From Perkinsus chesapeaki ATCC PRA-425 (taxonomy: Eukaryota > Protista > Perkinsozoa), in NCBI GenBank assembly GCA_013115145.1, contig JAAPAO010000329.1, positions 1 to 38,894 on the forward strand: a DNA stretch of 38,894 nt, in the 5' to 3' direction. Within the stretch, counting starts at the first letter, position 1; the number at the start of each line of letters is the position of its first letter. Positions 1 to 10,200 of this stretch are shown here, piece after piece. The notes beneath the pieces were generated by a model. The model was not told the origin of the DNA. It saw only the letters and a list, made by a program, of their open reading frames with translations, and did not search any database. The position numbers and the translations under genes are program-made.

Positions 1-1807
1 GTATACTAATCAAAGGGACACCACGATCACGAATGGATGTGGCAATGAGCATGAGCTTGCCGAATACACAACAAATACGACATCTGAGAGGAGAAACGGG
101 TATGAAGTTTATATAACAATATCATTATATATAAACGGCTTACCTTCTGAAGTTGGGGGTGCCAATAACAGGCTCGGTGACGAATTGTATAATGCATCCA
201 GTGTCAGATTGGAGACTCCTAACAGTCTGTCCTTCATGGCCGATCATACCAGGTAAAGTGCTCCCTGAAATATTATACATATATTACTAAGGAATTATAT
301 ATAAGACAAGATATAACCCGGGTTCAAGCCCCAGGCGGGCCATTTTAATGGTAACTATTGTATGCCGAGAAGTGCTAACAAGGATTACAGTTATATTTCT
401 GAAAGCTCGCTTTCTTCAGTGCGTGAGGTAGATCAAACTCTAATTAAAGTGATACTTATCTGCAGGACTGGACTCGTCGATAGGTAATTTGGTTATTTCA
501 ACCTAGACTAATTGTCAAAGTGAAAGGACATCGAGAGAACCCTTTTGATAGCCTCTCAAGCGCGATCCAAATATCATTTTACTATCTTTGTCAGTGGAAA
601 ACTTAAGCCTGCAAGATAAGGCGCAGGTGATGAATTAATACCAACATGTTAATGGGGTAAGATACTATCTTACTTACCTGGGATTAGAAGGCAAATACAG
701 AAGGTGTCAGAGGATACCTGATCAGACCATCAGAAGACCCACAGAAGCTTGGGAAGCGGCGGCTACCTTAGGGTCAACACGGAAGACCTCTCTCTCAACT
801 TGTTGAGGATCAAAGTCATCATCGGGGAGACAGAGACGACGGCACACTCCAGCCATTACCCTAAGACAAGAAACATGCGTAAGAACTCATAGTGATCGAT
901 TGGTGAATGGTTATATATATTATACATAGCAGGATGCTATTATTGAGAATGCTGTGAAAGATCTTATAACTACATATGTATATGAACCTATATGTATCAA
1001 GCTGTATTCTCGTATATCAGTTCCACACAAAACGTGTAGGAATGAACATTGCTATTAATATTATAATATATCCGCTATCGTATCCTCGCTGGTATACATT
1101 ACTTCACAGAAGATGCTATAACAACTGATATAATAGCTACAATCACGATACCAAAGATTATCTTCACGAATGTTGCCTTACATATCAATACTGCGTTTCA
1201 TCTCTTCTTGTGACGGCTCTTCACCTTCTCTGATCTGCGCTCTAACAGCCACGATGCGCTCTCTCTGGGCATGAATGGCGGATGGCGTCTCGCTCTCATG
1301 AACAACAAGGCTGGCTCCTGGCCAGGCCTCGCGGATCTGAGGATCAAACCGTGGAGCTACCGAGAATAACAGAAAAAAGCTCTCCAACGCAAACCCACTC
1401 GAAAATCATATTCTGACGATTTGATTTCAACCGCGTATGGACAAACTATACAATGAGTAGATTATGGAATCAGACTCAATAGCCACAAGGTGATCAAATT
1501 GTATCGAATGAGTCTCACCTGGTTGATGATTCTTCCTTGTTTGCCAATTAGTCTACCAACATTATCCACCGATAGCAGGAATAAGACCGGTATACGGCCA
1601 GTAGTAGATGGGGATAATGGGCGAGGCTGTTGACGGTTGGTAGACAATACTGTCGGAGAGAGGGAGGATTCTGAAGGAGCGTTAATGATGACGACACTCA
1701 AGACACTTGAAGTACCCACCGTGGTCAGCGCCGACTCTTGGTTTCTCAGCAGTAGTGGCGGCGGTGATTGGAGGAGAGGATGGTAGAAGTGGGAAAGTAG
1801 TAGACAT
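1..1807 (-). CDS. KH-domain RNA-binding protein, multi-exon, 3' end beyond window start
   Basis: ATG at 1807 (MSTTFPLL...). Two KH GxxG loops: VGRLIGKQGRIINQVR (about 1480-1570) and LPGMIGHEGQTVRSLQSDTGCIIQF (about 145-264). Middle exons only partly resolved. Confidence 0.8.
311..346 (+). other. tRNA 3'-half-like element, antisense in KH-gene intron 265-355
   Basis: CCGGG TTCAAGC CCCAG GCGGGCC A TTTT: T-arm, 7-nt acceptor strand, A, then TTTT. No 5' half. Intron inferred from the HFSAYN-R-STLPGMIG join. Confidence 0.7.
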
Positions 1808-1894
1808 TATGTTCGACGATGATGTTATCGATGGTAAAGCGATAAGTCGACCCTGTTAAATCATAATTAGCCGGCAACGCAACATGAGTATCAA

Positions 1895-3657
1895 TCAACA
1901 GCAACACCATCTCATAAGTTCAACACCATTCCAAGCCTGTTGTCGGCCGATTTTCTGTTTTTCTATCAGAATTTCCCGAAGTTCCAGAGCTGCTCTGCCA
2001 TCAGTTTCCGATAAGTGGCTTTCTAGCAAAAACTGAGATCTCAGCGATCGCTCCTTCGCCAACAATTCTTCGTATCGGACAACGCTTGGGCTCGCCTGAC
2101 GAGGATTTCGTGGCGCGCAAGAAACAGTTTATCCCACATCCACAGGAGGAGGGACCAAATGCTTCTCCATCAACTTCATATTTTGTTTCCCCTTCGCCAT
2201 GACCCTGCGCATGCGTGCAGATTCTGGTATCCTTGCCAAAGCTATCGAGCTGAGAAAGCCTGTACGTCCATCCGGGCGTACCGTCATACCGACAAATCCT
2301 CCGCCCTAACACCAACCGTTAGCGACTAGCCGGACTCTTGGCAAGTACCATTCGTGGAGCAGAGGGGCCTGGTGACAGCCGAGAGGAGGTCGAAGGAGCG
2401 ATGAAATCCGAGGCGGAGCGATGCAGACTGTCGCTCTCCTTAGGTAGCAGACGCCTGTTGGGAGCAATAACGCTGTCAAGGAAACTCAACGATAGAACAA
2501 TTGCGAATAATTTCAACAAGTGTGTGAAGTACGTGAATGATAATATAAGGCAGTCGAGATGCGTGCTAGAAGACATCAACAGATATTATAATTTTACCAT
2601 ACGAGTTGATAAAGTTAATAAGGCGAAAATGCACGTCAGTGGAAATTGCTGTGTATCCCCTCACCTCGCTTTCCGAACGCTTCGCCCAAGCAGAGCTTCC
2701 AACATATCATCTCTAAAATATGAGCTGCTGGGGATCGAACCTGCGTCATCACGCCTACCTTCCTTTCGCTGCTTCTATTGGAGTTAACCCACCAGGATCA
2801 TTGACAAATACCGATGCTTTGCAATGAACCAAAAGGGAGACCTTAGAAGTGAGTTAGTCTGTAACATAAGTACGAATCTTACCAGTTCACAATTGCCGGT
2901 TTTTACCGCAGCCACGAGGCAAGTATGGCCACTCCCACTCGAACTGGAGTCAACAAACGACGCTCTCTCCGCAGAGTCAGACTCTAAGAATCTCAAGCTC
3001 GACCGTGCATGATGCAAAACAGGTAAGCCTACTTCGAGAGGCCAAAGCTAGAAGAGTTGCAGCATTATCTGTGATGCCTAAAACGCATGCCAAAAAGAGC
3101 GGAGTAAATCCTCCGCGATGAGTTCGTATCTTCACATCTGCACCATTCTCGATAAGTAACTGCGAATTCTACTTTCACACTTCCCAGTGAATCCCTGCCT
3201 ACTTTAATGCATTCCGAAGCGCCCTCACACATTGCGGCATGATGCAGCGGAGCGAAGCCGCTTTTTTTATCAATATTTTTGCCATCTGCTCCGGCATGTA
3301 GAAGAGTTGATAAAGTTTTCGGGTTGTTCGTCCACACGGAGAGTAGGAGAGGCGAAGCTCTTAAAGAGGCTAGCTTCATCAAAGGTTGCCCTGCATCGAG
3401 CATGGACCTGTTGAATTGGGAATAATGCTAACACCGGGAATTGAACCCAGGATCTTATACATACTTTAGGAGACGCTCGTCGGCCAAAGCGATACTTCTA
3501 TAAAAATCAAACAAGCCATCATTGCCATCATCTGTCGCACTGGCATCGATGGACATGTTCAAGTCCAACTGAAATGATATGAAAGACACCTTCACGTTCA
3601 ACCTACCTCATCGAGAACCGGGTTGACTTCTTGTGTGACAGCAGACCGCCGAACCAT
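1895..3657 (-). CDS. Ankyrin-repeat protein, multi-exon, predicted C-terminus ...LMRWCCC
   Basis: Spliced frame MVRRSAVTQEVNPVLDE/LDLNMSID... Ankyrin repeats SPLLLSVWTNNPKTLSTLLHAGAD, GFAPLHHAAMCEG, GHTCLVAAVKTGNCELV, VSLLVHCKASVFVNDPGGLTPIEAAK. TGA at 1895-1897. Confidence 0.8.
2096..2143 (-). other. Intron carrying the ATTTCGTGGCGCG motif (antisense)
   Basis: Phase-0 GT..AG joins HLVPPP/ASPSVV. Plus strand 2105-2121 reads ATTTCGTGGCGCGCAAG. Confidence 0.55.
2713..2758 (-). other. 46-nt intron made of a tRNA 3'-half-like sequence (sense)
   Basis: GTAGGCGTG ATGAC GCAGG TTCGATC CCCAG CAGCTCA TATTTTAG. Removal joins EAAKG-R-DDMLEA. Confidence 0.8.
3408..3464 (-). other. 57-nt intron made of a tRNA 3'-half-like sequence (sense)
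   Basis: GTATGTATA AGATC CTGGG TTCAATT CCCGG TGTTAGC A TTATT...CAG. T-stem fully pairable (one G-U). Removal joins ERLL-K-SMLDAG. Confidence 0.85.
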
Positions 3658-3808
3658 AAAGGACAAAGAAATCTTCGCCGATTCTATAGTGCTAAGATCC
3701 AAGAAAATCCATACCAAGAAATAGATATTCGATAACTCAAGCCGCTCTAATGTTTTACATTAATAACAACATCATTCACACGAACATGATCGACAACAAG
3801 ATGATAAA

Positions 3809-4633
3809 TCAAGATATAACGCAGCTCGTACATTTTGTTACTTTTTTCTTACGGGGCTTTACTGAGGACCTCAACTGGTCTCCATCATTATTAATATTAA
3901 CCTGCTCACCAGTGTTAATCTCCGACTCGCTCTCTTGCCTAGCCTTCATCGACTCTTTATCATTCTTAATCGATTCTACTTGACCATTTTCTTCACTAAA
4001 CTTGTCAGTTTCCTCAGCAAGTCCTTCAGCAGCGATAGCCTCCAGCTTGCCCTTATTTTCGGCAGCCTTCCCCATTTCCTCATAATCTTCAGCGTTAGTC
4101 AGTTTCCCTATCATACCTTATATCGAAAGGGAAAACAATGTTCTCGACAATCGCTGTCTGCCTCCAATTCTTCCTCCGTTCATATCCCCCCAACTTGCGA
4201 GCCTGTGTACCAAATCCCAACCTCAGTTGTCTACCGTTCACAAGGGACGCTCTGAAAGCTGAGTCAAAGCTGGTGCTATCAGCCAGACAGTTTTTGAAGG
4301 TTGTGAAGGCCGCTGACTCATTGGGCTCGCATACGAATTCGACATCTCCATCATTGACAGCAATACCTTTTAACCACGGACTTTCACAGGTTGTATTTGG
4401 TTTCATAGCCTTCGCTCCAGTAGTAGTATTTAAACGAAGTTTCAGAGTCCCTTCATTTGAATGAAAGCTGACTCGATGTAGCCGTTCTTGAACCTAAACG
4501 AGAGTCCAGCTTGAGCGATATACCATAGGCTCAGAAATGAAACAAGTATCGTCATCGGAGCCAGGTTAGTGGATAGTAGACCAGCCATTATCACCAAAAC
4601 AACTGATGAACGAGACAAGGGCCTGACCGTCAA
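3809..4633 (-). CDS. Putative secreted lineage-specific protein, acidic tail, CaaX end (CVIS)
   Basis: Hydrophobic N-terminus (VVLVIMAGLL). The ESPWLKG...GDVEF block is shared with 5859-6392. The last ORF ends KPRKKKVTKCTSCVIS. The splice joining the last exon is not resolved. Confidence 0.5.
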
Positions 4634-5063
4634 TGAGACCTGTCGATTGAAGTAGCAATCCGTTTGAATAGTTTGACAGAATAGTATATATGTTCCGATG
4701 ATCTATTGAAAACGAAATGTGACCTTGTTATAATAACAGATGAAATTATCCTATCCAAAGTGGTAGTCGAATCATCATTACTCTAGACGACCTTGTGAAA
4801 GGGGAAGAAAAAGGACAAGCTTGAAAATAATAAGAACAACGTTGTAAATAAAATCATGAGATCTGGAGAACCTGCAAATTCACACCCCGGAGGTCTTTCG
4901 TTACATTTTATTAAGAGAATATAAATTTCCAAGTCAACAAGAATGCTTCCCTTCATGAGAAACATCAATCACAGCAACACCGTGATGGATATGTCACGTG
5001 ACCTTGGGCGATCAGGATAGGTCAGGATATACTGCAGCTCTTCATTCGGCCACTTCTTCTTCT

Positions 5064-5585
5064 TCACCGCAGCTTCCGCCTACCAGACCTCACCGACTCT
5101 TTCTTTACATCAATCTTCATTCCCGCAGCAGCTGCTCTATCAGGTGCAACAGGAAATCCTATACACTTGATAACTTGCTTTTCGGGATCCCCAAAAGCCA
5201 AAATAAGATAACCCTCATAAATGATGAAAGCTTTGGAGCCATTGCCGAGGCCAGAAGCCTCGGCCAACTTGTTCTCAAACTCATCATAGACCTCGGAATG
5301 AGTTGGGACAAAGTCGATATGGTCAGACCCTTCGTAGCCCTCTCCATCCAGTAAACGGCTGACAAGTATTTCACCCGATCGTATGGCATTCGGCCCAGTA
5401 ATAATGCCACCAAGAGCCCGCAGGTCCCTGCTTTCGAGCGACCCAGTCATATCGATTTCCACTGAAGCAGCCTGAACTGGCTTATCAAACCTCTTCACGA
5501 TCCCAGCGTGAGCGATACAACACAGGTTCATGAAGAAAAACGATTTAGGAGACGACGCGGATTGGCGAGAGTGAAGTCTTGACAT
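5064..5585 (-). CDS. Hypothetical protein, possibly secreted
   Basis: 173-aa ORF; AG just upstream of the ATG; weak hydrophobic segment FFFMNLCCIAHAG. Confidence 0.55.
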   Translation of the reverse strand: MSRLHSRQSASSPKSFFFMNLCCIAHAGIVKRFDKPVQAASVEIDMTGSLESRDLRALGGIITGPNAIRSGEILVSRLLDGEGYEGSDHIDFVPTHSEVYDEFENKLAEASGLGNGSKAFIIYEGYLILAFGDPEKQVIKCIGFPVAPDRAAAAGMKIDVKKESVRSGRRKLR

Positions 5586-5858
5586 TTTACTACTGAAAAC
5601 TGCCGACGATAATTCCAGCCAACATTAGAACAGGAAAATCATTTTCGGCTGGTGATCTCTATTGCGTTCGGCGACACTTCGAGTGCGATTGGCTCCTTCC
5701 GCCGCGGATAGAGATGGACTACTGAGGAAGAATACAAAACGATGGCTTGAATGCACAATAATAATCCCAAGTCAAGGGACATCAGCAGCCTTATCCTCAA
5801 CTCAAAATGGGACATATGAGGACAACATCACACATGAACAGCTTTGAAGATTGAGAAA

Positions 5859-6392
5859 TTAAAGTATTGTGCAATCACCTGCTTTACATCTCCTTTTAAC
5901 ATTACCCATCGCAAACATGTCCGATGTTGTCTTAGCTTTCACTTCCACACGCGTGTCTGGCGCGGGTTGATCTTTTGGTAGGATACTGTGTTGGACACCG
6001 ATAGCCACAGTTAGGGTAGTCCTACCTACCACCTTCGCCTGGAACATGCGTTCGAGGCCAAACACCTCGCCAAGACGGACAAGGAATTGACGATAGGCTT
6101 CCTGATCCCCGGGTACCACAACGAACTTGACATCACCATTTCTATGGATCAGTCCTTTCAGCCAAGGTGTCTGAACTTCCTGGTTGGGTTGAGGCGCTTT
6201 TGGTCCGCTGGTCAAAGTGAATTGCCCTGTCAAATCGTTGTTAAGCACCGAGCCATTAAACATGAAGGACATCTCAGCAATGTATCCTCCGTTGTTGAAA
6301 GTAGCATGAAGTTGACCATTACTGATAGACCATAGAGCCAAGAAGTATACCAGGACCACCATGAAGGACTTCGCTTGGAATACAGAAGACAT
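5859..6392 (-). CDS. Secreted-family protein with CaaX end (CTIL)
   Basis: 177-aa intronless ORF; signal-like MVVLVYFLALWSISNG; QTPWLKG...GDVKF block; ends KRRCKAGDCTIL. Confidence 0.75.
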   Translation of the reverse strand: MSSVFQAKSFMVVLVYFLALWSISNGQLHATFNNGGYIAEMSFMFNGSVLNNDLTGQFTLTSGPKAPQPNQEVQTPWLKGLIHRNGDVKFVVVPGDQEAYRQFLVRLGEVFGLERMFQAKVVGRTTLTVAIGVQHSILPKDQPAPDTRVEVKAKTTSDMFAMGNVKRRCKAGDCTIL

Positions 6393-6526
6393 AGATGAAG
6401 AGGGAATGTCAACTAATAATGATACAGCTTTGAAAGGGATAATTGTCTACCCGACACGAATAATGTAAGGGGAGAATTTTGACCGTGCGTAGCGATCTTA
6501 CAATAACAGTTCGAGTCAATACCATT

Positions 6527-6895
6527 TTAAGGAACCTGAACGATAAGTCGTTTTTGAGTGATCCACGACGACGTAGGGCAGAAAAGTACAGTTTTGTTCA
6601 AGACATTCTCCCAAGTTGCGCACGATAAAAAAAGAAGCCGAGATGCATCGGAAGTCGAGGGATTATTCAGTAAGACAACTGCGCAATGCGACAATACCAT
6701 CACTTTTGACAGCAGCAGCAGCTGCTGCTGCAATACAATTATAGAAAAGACTAAGTTTCCCGCAATGGAACCGCCGTTCTTCAGAGCCTTCCTCAACTGC
6801 AAAGTAAGAGCAGGGCGAAGAAAGGCAAAGTTCCAACAGAATTGGAGAATCAACATCCATGGTATAATCACATCAAGCTTCACCTTGAACATCAT
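6527..6895 (-). CDS. Hypothetical protein (strand and frame uncertain)
   Basis: 122-aa ORF with hydrophobic N-terminus; overlapping ORFs exist on both strands. Confidence 0.3.
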   Translation of the reverse strand: MMFKVKLDVIIPWMLILQFCWNFAFLRPALTLQLRKALKNGGSIAGNLVFSIIVLQQQLLLLSKVMVLSHCAVVLLNNPSTSDASRLLFLSCATWENVLNKTVLFCPTSSWITQKRLIVQVP

Positions 6896-7267
6896 GCTCT
6901 ATAAGTGAAACCAACAACCGATATGTAATCATCCGGTCTGCAGTCGCTACAGCAATACCTGTCCAAAGTAGTGTACCACAGTATTGATAGGATCGATAGT
7001 CTGGATGAAAGTGGGGGGGACATGGAGATAACTGGAAAATCAATTTATAAAACCCACACTACTTGTAAGATTCAATAGGCCCAACTGAAGCAGGCAGATC
7101 GAACGAGTGCCACTTTGTAATATATAACGGATTCACGTACTACAAGGTAACAGAAACTACTGATAAGCCTGTGGTACTAACAAAAATGAAAAAAAGGCTT
7201 CGCTCCGCCGACCTCCCGCTCCAAAACGCAACAAGCCTAATTCATAACGGCCGCATCAATCAACATG

Positions 7268-10200
7268 TCACTCGTCGGCCAGTACTTCAAAGAGAAACCT
7301 TACAATTTCAGGATCACCGTTTGGGACCTGGAAAATTAAGGTATCTTTTGAGCCATGGAATGCATGGTTAACCTCGTAGAAATGCTGTCCATCGATCGCT
7401 ACAGAAACCTCTAGCAGCACCGACTGGCCTGCCTCCACTGACAGCTGTGACGCCGTGACGCGACCTGTCTCGAAGTGAACGAGTGGTGAATCCTCTTCAT
7501 GCATTTTGACTCCGCCAGGCACCTATCAAGCTTCGAGCCATTTCAGTTCGAAACTTCGCCAACCTCATATTCAAACGGCTTCCTCTCTTCCTCATCACCT
7601 TCCGCCTGTGTATGAACGTATCTTGCGCACAGCGTAAAATATCTTTGCGCACTATAAAGAATCCACCTGCGTATCTTACCTCATCTTAACCTTAACATTA
7701 TCGTAGCTGATGTCCGGCGATAGGTCGCCCTTTCCAAGTCGAACACACAACACTGTCCCCGCTGGAACTGCGCTTTCCAAAGTTAATATATTCCCATCTA
7801 AAAAAGGCGGAGCGAAGCTCATCGACCGAACGCCTTACCTTCCTCCTCCGTCCACTGCTCTACAGACTTGTACAAACCTGGCAGGATCCGGAAGCATTTA
7901 AGCTGACCTGAAAAATATCTTTGGAATCGTATGGTGAACAGAGGGTAGACCTTCGCTCGTATCCGAGAGGGGAAGAAGATACCTGAAATTTCACTGCGCC
8001 ATAAAATTCGTTGCCGCCCCTACGTGAAGTGGCATCGTTCCTTAGAATATTCAGCACCATCATTCAGCGAGACTTCCAAAGGTAATTGTAGGTACCTCTA
8101 CAATTTCAGAAATGACGAGGAAGGAGCGGTATGAAACTGGCACACGTGCCTACCTTCGATGTGATGTCGTCTATGTCCTCTGGTATCAAATCAGCCAATT
8201 TCGGCATGGTGAAGAAAAGGCAGACTTTTCCTTCGCCGCCAGTCTAGAACGGAGAAGTCCATGTGTACGCATGCGCACGCCTCACCTCAGCCGTCACCTC
8301 CGAGATTTCCTTTCTATTGATTTTTTGAGATCTCAACTCGCCATCCTTATGCAGAATAACCTGATGTAATTTCGTGGCGCGTGAAGTATACCCGACTCAC
8401 TCGAATTTTCGGTTTTTTCGTAACGACCGGCATTTTCCCTCCTAACAGCATCTTGACTTTCGTCTCATGGAGTCCCTCGCCGACCGCCGGAACAATCCCG
8501 TCGATCGTGAAGGAATAAACCTGCAATAGATTACAGAGCTTCGCTCCGCTAGGAAATATCTCACCTTAAATGGGATTGGTGGATCCAATTGTGTTTGCCC
8601 CTCATCGAAACTGACTTGCACAAAAACTTCAGCCGAGTCGTCGATGATGCGCGTGTCAAAGGCGGGGCACAAGCAGCAGACGCCCTGGCACGAACAAGAA
8701 GCCGGAGCGAAGCAAACGAGAGCTTTCCTACATCAGCAGTTCTCCAGCCGGGCACTTTGATCTGTAGACTTTCCATTGGCTTGAGGCCTTGCAACATCTC
8801 AGAGTCGGCGTACCTGTGACGGTGACACCATAGGTCCCGAGTTCGAAGCCCAGCAAAGGACATTCTTCCTCCCCTGAGAGACGGTCCTATCGAACAATAG
8901 ATCCCTCGATAAAACGAATAATATGAAGATAATCAATGATTCAGTTAGCTCTGAGATGCTCCGAGCAATGGAACCCTCTACAAGTGTGAAAGGCAAAGTA
9001 TAAATTGACAGGGGCCTGGAAGCGCAGCTCTCGGAGAGCTGGAGGACATGGTCAAGGAAGTGACCACCATAAACTTCAACAGTCATACCGATAAGTACGG
9101 TGGATGATGAGGAGCCATTAGCAGATGACAAATAGGACTCATTCATGGGAAATAGATTCGATACCGCTGCAAGGGTGCCCCGTGAAGCTGGGTGACGTAC
9201 ACATCGTCATAGTCCTCCATATCCACGGCCTTGGCATCGGACTTGCACTGGATGTTGAAGACCACCAACAAGGACTCATCCTGGAAATAATGATGAAGCA
9301 GCTGAGCCATAGGGGGAGTGATGAAGAGATTAATAATGAGACGGACGAATTGTGGGGAATAATAACGTCACCATGCGGAAATGTTGAGACAGTCTCTCAG
9401 AGGAGATGAGCTAGATACCAAGTATGTGACGAAGGGGGACTGTCACACTCACCGGCAAGTTAGCTGGGAGGACGGGTGGCCCTCCGCATGGCTCTCCGTC
9501 GATGGTGAGACCAGGGGCTCTAGGAAGGCATATTGTCAGTGGAGCACCGCCAACAACAGATGCACAGTTAGGGCGGACCTTGATGGAATCTTCAAGTTCA
9601 CAGTGCATGATGCAAAATAGGTTAAGAGCTTTACCACAAGCTGCCGTTCGGGGAACCTCAACACGGCGATCTGTGCGGAGCCTCCATCACCAATTGCCGT
9701 CCACGTTAAGCCTTCATCCAACGACAACTGAGGAAAAATACAGTAAAAACACACGAGGGGAGAATCGAACCCACCTGAACATTCAAAAACGTTGCAGTCG
9801 TTGCAGTATCGACAACAGACTGCATCGGTGATAACGAGAGGTCGGGGAACTTGAAGTGCACCAATCCACAAACCGGAGCATCCTAAAACCGGATGGCCGT
9901 AGGGCACATGGCCGGGAATACTCACTATAACTCGACCTTCAACCATGTGATCGAGCGAGGGACTTTGATGCGTCAAGCGGACTTTAGGGAGGACATCACT
10001 CCGAGATAAGCCTAGACGCAAACTTGACCTAGTTTGTATCTTTCCGAAAGGCTCCACCTGTAACACGCAGAGTTATCGCCGTTCCACCATTAAGGCTGGC
10101 AATACGAGGTTTAACCTTGAGTATGTGGGATGGCGAGAAGACATATACCATCTGACGATGAAAGGAAAAGTCGGTATGGAAAGTGTACGGCTTTACACTA

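Noticed and set aside
671-681. TACTTACCTGG resembles the U1 snRNA 5' end
   Set aside because: It is the reverse complement of a CCAG/GTAAGTA donor of the KH gene; no U1 body follows.
2338-2787. 149-aa plus-strand ORF
   Set aside because: Antisense to the better-supported spliced ankyrin gene.
6508-6517. AGTTCGAGTC intergenic B-box-like sequence
   Set aside because: Isolated 10-mer without tRNA-like flanks.
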